Part shown: piece after piece, positions 37,897-47,507 of the stretch | Layout of the letters: each line of letters begins with the position of its first letter | How positions within the stretch are numbered: the first letter of the stretch is position 1 | NCBI GenBank assembly: GCA_951812955.1 | Contig: OX638340.1 | Span: 352,001 to 416,000, forward strand | Source of the DNA: an uncultured Gemmatimonadota bacterium | GTDB taxonomy: Bacteria > JAAXHH01 | Direction: 5' to 3' | DNA length: 64,000 nucleotides | Translations under genes and position numbers: made by a program | The notes under the pieces: generated by a model | What the model saw: the letters and a program-made list of their open reading frames with translations, nothing else | What the model was told of the DNA's origin: nothing | Databases searched by the model: none

Positions 37897-38640
37897 CCGC
37901 CCTCCTGCCTGGTCATCATCGTCTTCTTCGCCAAGGTAAAGTTCGTTTTTCAGCAGATAACTTACCGTGGATGCATACCAACGGGTTTCCCTTGAAACCG
38001 CCGATGCACGTTTGGTGGGCACCTTCTGCTCATTGAGTTCATCCGCGATCTTGCGCAGGCTCCTGCCCTCGGCCCGCCAGTGCTTCACCTGCCTGATGAT
38101 CTCCTGCTCCCTTGAGTTGGGCACCAGCTGATTGCCGGACAGGTCGTATCCGTAAGGGATCGCGCCGTAAACGAACCGGTTGTTCTTTTTTTTCCGTATC
38201 CAGTTCTTCGTCCGCTCGGCGGGCAGGTCGCGGGCCAAACCGGCCAGCACGTTGAGCGTGCTCAGCACCACCTTCCCCTGTTCCTGATCGGTGCGGATGG
38301 ACATGCCATCGAGATCCAGCACGTGGCATATGATGCCTGCGCCGGACCAGGCCCCGAGGCAACCCGACATTTCGGCCGCTGACCTGAACAGCCGGTCGAG
38401 TCGCCAGATAACGATATGCTGGATGCCCTTCGATTCAACCGTGTTGGCCAGGTCCCGGCCACCCAGCCGATCCTCGAGCGGGATGAACGCCTCGACTCGG
38501 ATGTCGGGAATCACCAGCATGATGTCGAGGTCGTTTTCCGCGCAGTAGGACCTGAGCCGCTTCTCCTGGTCGGCCCTTCGAAAGGGATGCTTCCGGGTCT
38601 CCATCGGACCGACCCTGATATAGCATACCGCCTTTTTCAT
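37891..38640 (-). pseudogene. Truncated / probably inactive serine recombinase (resolvase-type N-terminus plus the start of a large-serine-recombinase 'recombinase' domain)
   Basis: 249-aa ORF. 'AVCYIRVGP' sits where 'Y-x-R-V-S' is expected (catalytic Ser replaced by Gly); conserved 'IVIWRLDRLFRS'; 'RFVYGAIPYGYDL...WYASTVSYLLKNELYLG' matches the start of the large-serine-recombinase recombinase domain, but the protein ends ~250 aa short, at the tRNA att-like repeat. Confidence 0.5.
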
Positions 38641-38887
38641 CTGGCGTCTCCCGGACCGTCTGGACCATGCCTTTTTGATGTCTCTTTAATTACTAAACAT
38701 ATTTTGTGTCTTTTCCCGATCCAAGGACTTTTTCGAAGCCGGCAGTGAAGGGGTCGGGAATCGACGTAAAACTTTTTGCTTGCTTGGTTTAATATGCCCC
38801 CATATATTAGAGCGGTGCTGCAGAAGTGGGCGAAGTAGTGCCCGCTTTTTTTTATGTGTTTTTCGTGCTGAAACTCGAAAATGCGCG

Positions 38888-39370
38888 ATGGAAACTGACC
38901 GTGATTCAATCCTTCGGAACGTCTCGTCACTCGCCAGGCCGATCGTCGACGAAGCCGGGTTCGAATGGGTGGAAATGGAACTGGCGGGTAGGCAGGGCAG
39001 TTTCGTCCTCAGGCTGCTGATCGATAAGCCGGGTGGCGTCACGATAGACGACTGTGTGGCAATCAATCGCGAATTGTCCAGCCTGCTCGATCAGGAAGAT
39101 CCCATTCCATCCCGCTATACGCTCGAAGTCTCTTCACCTGGCCTGGACCGGCCGTTCAAGACGGAAAGAGACTACCGGAAAGCCGTCGGTAAACGGGTAA
39201 AGGTCGTAACCGTGGACGACGACGGCGGGCAGGTCACCCGGATAGGGTGGCTCGAAGGCATTGAGGACGGCACGGTTGAAATCGTCTGTGGCGACGTAAA
39301 ACATCGTATTTCCGTCGCAAGCATCAGGAAAGCCCACCGGGAACTGGATCATGGATGGGAGAACGGTTAG
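38888..39370 (+). CDS. rimP: Ribosome maturation factor RimP
   Basis: Start at ATG 38888; 'YTLEVSSPGLDRP' RimP signature; immediately upstream of nusA. Confidence 0.8.
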   Translation: METDRDSILRNVSSLARPIVDEAGFEWVEMELAGRQGSFVLRLLIDKPGGVTIDDCVAINRELSSLLDQEDPIPSRYTLEVSSPGLDRPFKTERDYRKAVGKRVKVVTVDDDGGQVTRIGWLEGIEDGTVEIVCGDVKHRISVASIRKAHRELDHGWENG

Positions 39371-39388
39371 GAGAGGGAGTCACTGGTA

Positions 39389-40648
39389 ATGAATTACGAG
39401 GTCATCGAGGCGCTGGCACAGATCATCCGTGAAAAGAACGTGGAGCGCGAAGTGGTCTGGGACACGGTGAAGACCGGCCTGATCACGGCGGCGAAGAAGC
39501 GATTCGGCACGGGCGACGACAACGTCGATGTGCGGATCGACGAAAAACTGGGAACGATCGAGATGGCTGCGGTCTGGGAGGTTGTGGACGAGGTGGAGGA
39601 TCCCGAGACGCAGATCAGCCTCTTAACGGCGAAGGGAATGGATCCGGAGGCGGAAATCGGGGGAAGAGTCGAACAGGCCCTGGCCTTCGAAGAGTTCGGC
39701 CGCAACGCGATACAGGCGGTGAAACAGGTCGTCGTGCAGCGCGTCCGGGAGGCGGAGCGGGAAAACGTCTATGAGATGTACAAAGACCGGGTCAACGAAA
39801 TCATAATCGGCAGCGTCCAGCAGGTGGACAGGGGCAATATCATCGTCAAGATAGAGCGCACCGAGGCGTTGCTTCCGTGGCGCGAGCAGATTCGGCGGGA
39901 AAGGTACCGGCAGGGTGAGACCATACGCGCCTATATTCTGGACGTGCAGAACGACATAAAGGGTCCCCAGGTCATTCTTTCGCGAAGCTGCGAGGCTTTC
40001 CTCGAACTCCTGTTCAGGATGGAAGTGCCGGAAATACACGAGGGCATTGTGGAAATCAAGGCATCTGCCCGGGAGCCCGGCGACCGGTCCAAGATCGCCG
40101 TCCTCTCACACGATGACCGGGTCGACGCGGTCGGGGCGTGCGTGGGTATGAAAGGCACCAGGGTACAGGCGGTCGTCCGAGAACTCAACAACGAACGTAT
40201 CGACATCGTGCCCTGGAGTAACGATCCGTCCTCCTTCGTGACCCAGGCGCTGCGTCCCGCCGAAGTAGCACAGGTCCAGATCCTGGACATCGAGAAAAAG
40301 GACATGCGCGTGGTCGTCGAGGATGACCAACTCTCGCTGGCCATAGGGAAGGCGGGCCAGAATGCCCGGCTCGCAGTAAAACTCACCGGATGGAATATCG
40401 ATCTGATCAAGCGTTCGGACCTCGAGAAGCAGCTCATCTCCGAGACATTCGGCTCGGATGACTCCGAATCGGAAGAAGCCGGATCGATTGCCGAAGTCGA
40501 CGGCATCTCGGAGAAGCTGGCTCAGAAGCTGGAAGACGCCGGCTACACGACGGTGGAGTCCCTTCAGCAAGCGACGGCCGACGAACTTCAGGCCATTTCA
40601 GGGATCGGCGGCGTGACGGCCGTCAAGATCATGACCGCGGTGCAGTAA
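39389..40648 (+). CDS. nusA: Transcription termination/antitermination factor NusA
   Basis: 419-aa ORF; N-terminal domain, S1 and two KH domains in NusA order; rimP-nusA-infB synteny. Confidence 0.9.
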   Translation: MNYEVIEALAQIIREKNVEREVVWDTVKTGLITAAKKRFGTGDDNVDVRIDEKLGTIEMAAVWEVVDEVEDPETQISLLTAKGMDPEAEIGGRVEQALAFEEFGRNAIQAVKQVVVQRVREAERENVYEMYKDRVNEIIIGSVQQVDRGNIIVKIERTEALLPWREQIRRERYRQGETIRAYILDVQNDIKGPQVILSRSCEAFLELLFRMEVPEIHEGIVEIKASAREPGDRSKIAVLSHDDRVDAVGACVGMKGTRVQAVVRELNNERIDIVPWSNDPSSFVTQALRPAEVAQVQILDIEKKDMRVVVEDDQLSLAIGKAGQNARLAVKLTGWNIDLIKRSDLEKQLISETFGSDDSESEEAGSIAEVDGISEKLAQKLEDAGYTTVESLQQATADELQAISGIGGVTAVKIMTAVQ

Positions 40649-40667
40649 ACGTAAAGGACCTGCAGTC

Positions 40668-40985
40668 TTGCAGAAAAGCGATAATCCATCCGTAACCGGT
40701 CTGCTGGGCCTTGCCGTACGCGCCGGACAGGTAAAGGGCGGCGCCGAAGCGGTTAAGAAGTCTATTCATGGCGGCAAGTCCCGGCTTGTCATCCTGGCCG
40801 CGGATGCCTCCGAGGGAACGAAACGCTCGTTCAGGAGACTGGCGGGTACACGGGGCGTACCCGTGCTCGAATGTCATACCAGTCTGGAACTGGGCGCGTG
40901 TCTGAATCGGGCGCCCAAAGCGGTGATTTCCATATCAGACCGGCATTTCGCGAGCGGAATGCTGAAGAAGGCATCTCCAGCATGA
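40668..40985 (+). CDS. ylxQ: L7Ae-family RNA-binding protein YlxQ
   Basis: 105-aa ORF (TTG start) between nusA and infB; 'LLGLAVRAGQVKGGAEAV...RLVILAADAS' L7Ae-like pattern. Confidence 0.6.
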   Translation: MQKSDNPSVTGLLGLAVRAGQVKGGAEAVKKSIHGGKSRLVILAADASEGTKRSFRRLAGTRGVPVLECHTSLELGACLNRAPKAVISISDRHFASGMLKKASPA

Positions 40986-41031
40986 GCCCCGGCCGGAACG
41001 ACCGGCACGTACAGAGGAAACTTTTACGCAT

Positions 41032-43299
41032 ATGGCGTCTAAAAGAATATACGAAGTAGCCAAACAGTACAATATATCCAGCAACGCGCTCGTCCAGATG
41101 CTTCGTGACCTGGACCACACGGTGAAGAGCCATATGAGCATCATGGACGAGAAGATGGTCCTCGATGTCAATATGCGGTTCGAGCAGGAGAAACTGGCGG
41201 CGCGTAAGGAACAGGACCGCAAGAAGAAAATGGCCGCGTCGGAGACGTCCACCAAGCAGAAGGCGGTGAAGGACGCCCCGCGCGGGAGCAAGCCGAAGAC
41301 CGAAGCGGAACCGGCGGCCAAGAAGAAGGAACAGTCCTCCACGGCCAAGGTGGCAAAGGGGGATGGAGACGCCCGCGGGCGGCGACGCCGATCCAAGAAG
41401 AAGAAGGCGAAGGTCGACCAGAAGGAAGTGGAAGCCAGCGTGCGCCGGACCATCGCGCAGATGGACAGCACCCGGACCCGCCGCCGCCGCCGCAGGGGCG
41501 AAAGGGAAGAAGACGAACCCGGCGACGAAGCGCAGCCCGTCATACGGGTTCCGGAGTTTATTTCCGCTGGTGAACTGGCCGAGCACCTTTCCGTTTCACC
41601 AACGGAAATCGTCTCGAAATGCCTGCAACTCGGACTGATGATTACGATCAACCAGCGGCTGGACATGGATACCCTGATGACCGTCGCTTCCGAGTTTGGT
41701 TTCGACGTTGAGAAGCAGTCCGAATACGGTCTGGAGTATATCGAAGAAGTCGAGGAAGAAGAGGAAGATGAAGGCGCCCTGGAGCCCCGCCCCCCCGTAG
41801 TTACTATCATGGGGCACGTGGACCACGGCAAGACTTCGCTCCTCGATTACATCCGGGAAAGTAACGTGATCGCCGGAGAGGCCGGGGGCATAACCCAGCA
41901 TATCGGCGCCTACGAAGTCGAACTCGAAAGCGGGCAGATCACGTTTCTGGACACGCCGGGACACGAGGCGTTTTCCGCCATGCGCGCCCGGGGAACGCAG
42001 GTGACCGACATCGTCATACTCGTGGTGGCGGCCGACGAAGAAGTCATGCCCCAGACCATCGAGGCCATCGATCACGCCAAGGCCGCCGAAGTCCCCATCA
42101 TCATCGCGCTGAACAAGATGGATCTCGAAACGGCTCGCCCCGACCGCATCAAGGAACAGCTGAGCCAGCGCGGACTTCTCGTGGAGGACTGGGGCGGCGA
42201 CGTCATTGCCTGCGAAGTATCGGCCATATCCGGACAGGGCATGGACCACATCCTGGAAATGGTGCTGCTTCAGTCCGAGATGCTCGATTTGAAGGCGAAC
42301 CCCAACAGGCGGGCGCAGGGCGTAGTCGTGGAAGCCGAACTGGACAAGGGCCGTGGCACGCTCGCCACCGTCCTCATCCAGCAGGGCACGCTACGGGTCG
42401 GTGACCCGTTCGTGGCTGGCCAGTTCAGCGGTCGCGTCAGGGCACTGCTCAACGAAAGAGGCTCGCGGGTTGAATCGGCGGGTCCATCGGCGCCCGTTCA
42501 GATCATGGGATTCTCGGGCATGCCCCAGGTCGGCGACTCCTACGCGGTCGTTGAATCGGAGTCCCTGGCGCGGGAAATCGGTTCCCGGCGCCGCCAGATG
42601 CGCAGGGAGCACGAGTTCCGTCAGTCCAAGCCCGTTACCCTCGAAGACATTTACGACCAGATCAAGGAAGGCGAGATCCAGGAACTCCCCGTCATCGTCA
42701 AGGGCGACGTGGGAGGTTCCGTGGAGGCATTGAGCGATTCGTTGCTGCGCCTTGAGAACGACGAAGTTAAAATCAGGATCATCCATACGGGCATCGGGGC
42801 CATCAATGAATCCGACGTCCTGCTCGCTACGGCTTCGAACGCCATCATTATCGGATTTCACGTGCGGCCCAACGCCCAGGCGAGAGCCTTGGCCGAGCGC
42901 GAGAAAGTCGACATTCGTCTATATGATATCATCTACCGGGTCATTCAGGACGTTACCGATGCCCTGGAAGGCATGTTGAAACCGGATATCGAAGAAGACG
43001 TGGTGGGCGTAGTGGAAGTGAGAGAGATTTTCAAGGCGCCGCGCGTTGGAACGATCGCAGGCTGCTACGTCCAGTCCGGCAACGTGACCCGAAACGCCAA
43101 CATCCGTCTCATTCGCGACGGGATCGTAGTCTATGAGAGCACGGTCGGATCGTTGCGAAGGTTCAAAGAGGATGTTCGCGAGGTGCAGTCCGGGTTCGAA
43201 TGCGGACTGACCGTCGACGGGTTTCAGGATGTCAAGCAGGACGATACCATCGAGGTTTACGAGACGCGGGAAGTCGCAAGGCAACTCGAGACGCGTTAA
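41032..43299 (+). CDS. infB: Translation initiation factor IF-2
   Basis: 755-aa ORF; G domain '[12 protein letters not shown]', 'DTPGHEAF', 'NKMD'; Lys/Arg/Glu-rich N-terminal region. Confidence 0.95.
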   Translation: MASKRIYEVAKQYNISSNALVQMLRDLDHTVKSHMSIMDEKMVLDVNMRFEQEKLAARKEQDRKKKMAASETSTKQKAVKDAPRGSKPKTEAEPAAKKKEQSSTAKVAKGDGDARGRRRRSKKKKAKVDQKEVEASVRRTIAQMDSTRTRRRRRRGEREEDEPGDEAQPVIRVPEFISAGELAEHLSVSPTEIVSKCLQLGLMITINQRLDMDTLMTVASEFGFDVEKQSEYGLEYIEEVEEEEEDEGALEPRPPVVTIMGHVDHGKTSLLDYIRESNVIAGEAGGITQHIGAYEVELESGQITFLDTPGHEAFSAMRARGTQVTDIVILVVAADEEVMPQTIEAIDHAKAAEVPIIIALNKMDLETARPDRIKEQLSQRGLLVEDWGGDVIACEVSAISGQGMDHILEMVLLQSEMLDLKANPNRRAQGVVVEAELDKGRGTLATVLIQQGTLRVGDPFVAGQFSGRVRALLNERGSRVESAGPSAPVQIMGFSGMPQVGDSYAVVESESLAREIGSRRRQMRREHEFRQSKPVTLEDIYDQIKEGEIQELPVIVKGDVGGSVEALSDSLLRLENDEVKIRIIHTGIGAINESDVLLATASNAIIIGFHVRPNAQARALAEREKVDIRLYDIIYRVIQDVTDALEGMLKPDIEEDVVGVVEVREIFKAPRVGTIAGCYVQSGNVTRNANIRLIRDGIVVYESTVGSLRRFKEDVREVQSGFECGLTVDGFQDVKQDDTIEVYETREVARQLETR

Positions 43300-43306
43300 A
43301 CAAATC

Positions 43307-43588
43307 ATGATCGTAGGGCTGTGCCGAATCGACTTGTTTCTACCCGAAAGCCGCTCGCTGAAGGCCAAGAGACAGGTGATCAAGGGACTTAAGGACCGGA
43401 TCCGAAATCGATTCAACGTGTCCGTCGCCGAAGTGGAACACCAGTCACTCTGGCAACGGGCTACCCTCGGACTCGCGATGGTTTCCGAAGAGAGAGGATA
43501 CATCGACCGGACCCTGCAGCAGGTTCTGAATCTTGTTCAGGCGGAACCCAGGCTGCTGGTACTGGATCATGCTTTCGAGTGGTACTAG
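43307..43588 (+). CDS. DUF503-family protein (YlxP-like)
   Basis: Start at ATG 43307 ('MIVGLCRIDLFLPESRSLKAKR'); conserved infB-DUF503-rbfA arrangement. Confidence 0.6.
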   Translation: MIVGLCRIDLFLPESRSLKAKRQVIKGLKDRIRNRFNVSVAEVEHQSLWQRATLGLAMVSEERGYIDRTLQQVLNLVQAEPRLLVLDHAFEWY

Positions 43589-43597
43589 GAGCGATAA

Positions 43598-44002
43598 ATG
43601 GCCCACCGGCGAACGGAACGGGTGGCTGATCTGGTCAAACAGGAGGTCAGCCAGATCATTCAGCAAGAGATGAAGGACCCCCGTATCGGATTCGTGACGG
43701 TGACGTCCGTGGAGGTATCCGTCGACCTGAGGCACGCGCGGGTCTATTTCAGCGTACTCGGATCGCAGGCGGATCAGAAAGCGAGTCTGGAGGGACTCGA
43801 AAGGGCAACGGGATTCATCAGGTCGCAGCTCGGCCGGAGGATCAAACTGAGGCACATTCCGGAACTGCTCTTTCGATACGACGAGTCCTTCGACTACGCA
43901 CAACGCATTTCGAATGTCATGCGGAGCATTGAAACGACGGAAAACGAAACCGATCGCCAGGCGGACCAGGTTCCGGCGGACAAAGGAGACGACGAAGGTT
44001 GA
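43598..44002 (+). CDS. rbfA: Ribosome-binding factor A
   Basis: 134-aa ORF; 'RVADLVKQEVSQII...DPRIGFVTVTSVEVSVDLRHARVY' RbfA KH-like signature. Confidence 0.85.
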   Translation: MAHRRTERVADLVKQEVSQIIQQEMKDPRIGFVTVTSVEVSVDLRHARVYFSVLGSQADQKASLEGLERATGFIRSQLGRRIKLRHIPELLFRYDESFDYAQRISNVMRSIETTENETDRQADQVPADKGDDEG

Positions 44003-44931
44003 TGCCGGTCCTTCGCTCCGTTGAGGAAGCCGCAAGCCGCTTTCCCAGGGCCGTGATAGCCGTCGGAAACTTCGACGGGGTCCACAGGGGACACGGCGCG
44101 ATTATCGAGTGTGCTATCGATCGGTCGCTGGCCTTGAGTGCACCTTGCCTGGTCGTCACTTTCGATCCGCATCCGCAACTGGTCGTCGGCAGAAAGCCGT
44201 CTTTGCCGATACTGACGCCGACGGACCAGAAACTGGAGTTACTGTCGAAATATGAGATCGATGCTGTGCTCGTTATTCCCTTCACGGGCGGGTTTGCCCG
44301 GATCGAGCCGGAAGCCTTCGTCAAAACGACGTACGTCGACGCGCTGGATATAAGGGAGATCATCGTAGGCTACAGCCATAATTTCGGTAGATACGGACGG
44401 GGAGACCGGATGTTGCTGCAGCGGCTTAGCGCGCAATACGGTTTCGGAATCCAGGTCGTAATGCCTATACAGATGGAAGGGAGCCCGGTAAACAGCAGCC
44501 ATATCCGAGCCGTCCTTTCCGCGGGAGAAATCAACGACGCCGAACTTCTGCTCGGCCACCCTTACGCGATCACGGGCAACGTGGTCCGAGGTGACGGACG
44601 GGGAAGCACGTTGCGGTTTCCCACCGCTAACCTGGAGACACACGATCCGGACGCCCTGATTCCTAAACGGGGGGTTTATGCGGTACGGGTCGGCCTGGGC
44701 GAAAGGATGCTCAACGGCGTGATGAACATCGGCGTACGGCCCACGTTCGGCCAGGACGTCGAACACTGCGAGGTACATATACTGGATTTTGAAGGGGACC
44801 TCTATAACCAGTCCATCCGGGTGGAATTCGTCGAGCGTATCCGGGACGAGAAAAGGTTCGCGACCGTCGAAGCGCTCAAAGACCAGATTTCAAAGGACGT
44901 ATATACGACGTACAACATGTTGAAAGCGTGA
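43999..44931 (+). CDS. ribF: Bifunctional riboflavin kinase / FMN adenylyltransferase
   Basis: 310-aa ORF; 'GNFDGVHRGH' nucleotidyltransferase motif, C-terminal riboflavin kinase domain ('PTANL', 'GDGRGSTLRFPT'). Stop/start overlap with rbfA (ATGA). Confidence 0.85.
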   Translation: MMPVLRSVEEAASRFPRAVIAVGNFDGVHRGHGAIIECAIDRSLALSAPCLVVTFDPHPQLVVGRKPSLPILTPTDQKLELLSKYEIDAVLVIPFTGGFARIEPEAFVKTTYVDALDIREIIVGYSHNFGRYGRGDRMLLQRLSAQYGFGIQVVMPIQMEGSPVNSSHIRAVLSAGEINDAELLLGHPYAITGNVVRGDGRGSTLRFPTANLETHDPDALIPKRGVYAVRVGLGERMLNGVMNIGVRPTFGQDVEHCEVHILDFEGDLYNQSIRVEFVERIRDEKRFATVEALKDQISKDVYTTYNMLKA

Positions 44932-45004
44932 TCGAAGCAGGCGGTACCCCTTCGGTACCCGCCGGAATCCCGGTCACAGTCAATTCATTTAAGGAGATCG
45001 TTTA

Positions 45005-45274
45005 GTGAGCATAGAGAAAGAACAGAAAGAGCAGATCCTGGGCGAATTCGGCCGGCACGAGAAGGATACCGGGTCTTCCGAAGCGCAAATCGCCCTTATG
45101 TCCGCAAGGATTACCGAACTGACGGAACATTTCAAGGTCCATAAGAAGGACCATCATTCGTTGCGAGGACTACTCAAGATCGTAGGCCGCCGCCGCCGTT
45201 TGCTTTCGTACCTGCGCAGGCACGACATCGAACGGTATCGTACATTGATCAAGTCACTGGGAATACGCGGATAG
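45005..45274 (+). CDS. rpsO: 30S ribosomal protein S15
   Basis: 89-aa ORF; '[35 protein letters not shown]' S15 signature. Confidence 0.9.
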   Translation: MSIEKEQKEQILGEFGRHEKDTGSSEAQIALMSARITELTEHFKVHKKDHHSLRGLLKIVGRRRRLLSYLRRHDIERYRTLIKSLGIRG

Positions 45275-45287
45275 GCGGCCCGGTTAA

Positions 45288-45307
45288 GGACGGCAAAAGC
45301 GCCGTCC
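45288..45307 (+). promoter_or_regulatory. rpsO-pnp intergenic stem-loop (GGACGGC-aaaagc-GCCGTCC)
   Basis: Perfect 7-bp GC-rich stem with a 6-nt loop, 14 nt after the rpsO stop. No downstream U-tract, so more like the known RNase III-processed / partial-terminator hairpin of rpsO-pnp leaders than a full terminator. Confidence 0.45.
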
Positions 45308-45337
45308 GTATAAGCTTCAAGGAGAAAAACCCGTATT

Positions 45338-47422
45338 ATGGCACATCGTGTAGAGCTAGAACTGGCTGGAAGAACGCTGTCTCTCGAAACCGGCAAGGTC
45401 GCCAAGCAGGCGGATTCGTCGGTCTGGGTTCAGTATGGGGAGAGCGTCATTCTCGCCAATGTCGTATCAGAGTACAAGTATGTGGAAGGCAGAGATTACC
45501 TTCCGTTGATGGTTGATTATCGTGAGCGGATGTACGCGGCGGGACGTATTCCCGGCGCAAGGCTTCGGAGAGAAGGGCCTCCGTCAGAAAAGGAAATCCT
45601 GAGCGGGCGCCAGGTCGATCACGCTATACGGCCTTTGTTTCCCAAGGATTATTTCTACGAGACGCAGGTATCCATCCTCGTGCTTTCCACGGACATGGAA
45701 AACGATCATGACGTGCTGGGCGTAATCGGCGCCGCCGCCGCCCTGCATATCTCGGACATTCCCTTCAAGGCGCCGCTGGCCGCTGTCCGCATGGGGCGTG
45801 TGGACGACGAGTTTGTGGTCAATCCGATGTATAGCGACCTGGAGGAGAGTGACCTGGATTTCGTGGTGACCGGCACGCCGGATCACATCATGTCGCTCGA
45901 AGGCAGCGCGCACGAGATCTCGGAAGAAGACCTGACAGACGCGATTTTGCTCTGTCATGAGAACATCAAGGCGATCATCGGCAAAATCGAGGAACTGCGC
46001 CAGATGACCGGTGCGCCCGAACGGCGGTCGTATGATTCGCCCAAGACGGATTCCGTGCTCACCGACAAAGTGCGCGAGATTGCCCTTCCTCTGGTGCAAG
46101 AGGGCAACCGGACCCGGGAGAAGCAGGCCCGGGGCGACTGTTTCAGCCGGGCCGCCGACCTTGCGGTCGAGCAACTGGCGGAGGAGTACCCGGACAACGA
46201 GAATATCATCCGGGACCTGGTGCGGGACGTACAGAGCACCGATATGCACGACATGATCAAGAACGAAGGCGTGCGTGTCGACGGACGGGGCATGGACGAT
46301 ATACGTCCCATCTGGTCGGAAGTCGGGGTGTTGCCCCGGACCCACGGTTCGGCGCTCTTCACCCGGGGTGAAACGCAAAGCCTGACCGTGACGACACTGG
46401 GATCCAAGATGGACGAGATGAAGCAGGACGATCTCGAAGGCGATTCCCTTAAGTCCTTCATGTTGCATTACAATTTCCCGGCGTTCAGCGTCGGTGAAGT
46501 TCGCATGGCCCGGGGACCCCGGCCGAGGGATATCGGACACGGTTCGCTGGCGGAGCACGCCATCGCGCCGGTGATCCCGTCGGAGGATGCATTCCCCTAT
46601 ACCATCCGCATCGTTTCTGAGATACTTGAATCCAACAGTTCTTCGTCCATGGCCACCGTCTGCGGCGCGACCCTGTCCCTGATGGACGCGGGCGTGCCCA
46701 TTAAAAGCGCCGTTGCCGGGGTGAATATCGGCCTGATTCCGGATGATCCCAAGCCACAGTACCTGGTGGATATCCAGGGCGTGGAGGATCACCTGGGCGG
46801 AATGGATTTCAAGGTCGCCGGCACGCGGGAAGGGATCACTTCTGTGCAGCTCGACGTCAAGGTCATGGAAGTCAACGAGGAGATCCTCCGCGAGTCCTTC
46901 GCCCGTGCGAAGAAGGCGCGGCTGTTCATCCTGGACAAGATGGCCGAGACCATTGCCGAATCACGTACGGAAATGTCCGAGTACGCGCCGCGCATCCTGA
47001 CCGTACAGGTCAAGCAGGATCAGATCGGTTCCGTGATCGGTCCCGGAGGCAAGGTGATACGCGGCATCCAGGAGGAAACGGGCGCGCAGATCAATATCGA
47101 TAACGACGGTGTAGTAACGATCGCCGCCGTCGACGCGGCTGCCGGTGAAAAGGCGAAGCAGATTATCGAAAGCATGACGGAGGAGCCCGAGATCGGGAAG
47201 GTCTACCAGGGTACGGTGAAACGTATCGTCGATTTCGGTGCCTTTGTCGAGATCCTACCGGGCAAAGACGGCCTGGTGCATATTTCGGAATGGGAGAACC
47301 ACAGGACCAATTCCATGCGGGATGTGACCAACGAAGGCGACGAGGTGACTGTCAAGATCATCAATATCGATGATCAAGGCAAAGTCAAGCTGAGTCGAAA
47401 ACAAGTGCTCGCCGCGAACTAA
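45338..47422 (+). CDS. pnp: Polyribonucleotide nucleotidyltransferase (PNPase)
   Basis: 694-aa ORF; two RNase PH domains, KH and C-terminal S1 ('GKVYQGTVKRIVDFGAFVEI'). Confidence 0.95.
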   Translation: MAHRVELELAGRTLSLETGKVAKQADSSVWVQYGESVILANVVSEYKYVEGRDYLPLMVDYRERMYAAGRIPGARLRREGPPSEKEILSGRQVDHAIRPLFPKDYFYETQVSILVLSTDMENDHDVLGVIGAAAALHISDIPFKAPLAAVRMGRVDDEFVVNPMYSDLEESDLDFVVTGTPDHIMSLEGSAHEISEEDLTDAILLCHENIKAIIGKIEELRQMTGAPERRSYDSPKTDSVLTDKVREIALPLVQEGNRTREKQARGDCFSRAADLAVEQLAEEYPDNENIIRDLVRDVQSTDMHDMIKNEGVRVDGRGMDDIRPIWSEVGVLPRTHGSALFTRGETQSLTVTTLGSKMDEMKQDDLEGDSLKSFMLHYNFPAFSVGEVRMARGPRPRDIGHGSLAEHAIAPVIPSEDAFPYTIRIVSEILESNSSSSMATVCGATLSLMDAGVPIKSAVAGVNIGLIPDDPKPQYLVDIQGVEDHLGGMDFKVAGTREGITSVQLDVKVMEVNEEILRESFARAKKARLFILDKMAETIAESRTEMSEYAPRILTVQVKQDQIGSVIGPGGKVIRGIQEETGAQINIDNDGVVTIAAVDAAAGEKAKQIIESMTEEPEIGKVYQGTVKRIVDFGAFVEILPGKDGLVHISEWENHRTNSMRDVTNEGDEVTVKIINIDDQGKVKLSRKQVLAAN

Positions 47423-47507
47423 CCTCGGCGAACGATCCGAACGTCGTCGCCATGGGTAATCGCCCATCCGGGCGCCATGGCGGCGATCTATCCTGTACGG
47501 CCCCCTC

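Noticed and set aside
47423-47507. Palindrome cgccatggcg and nearby GC-rich inverted repeats after pnp
   Set aside because: Short stems without a following U-tract give insufficient support for a terminator call.
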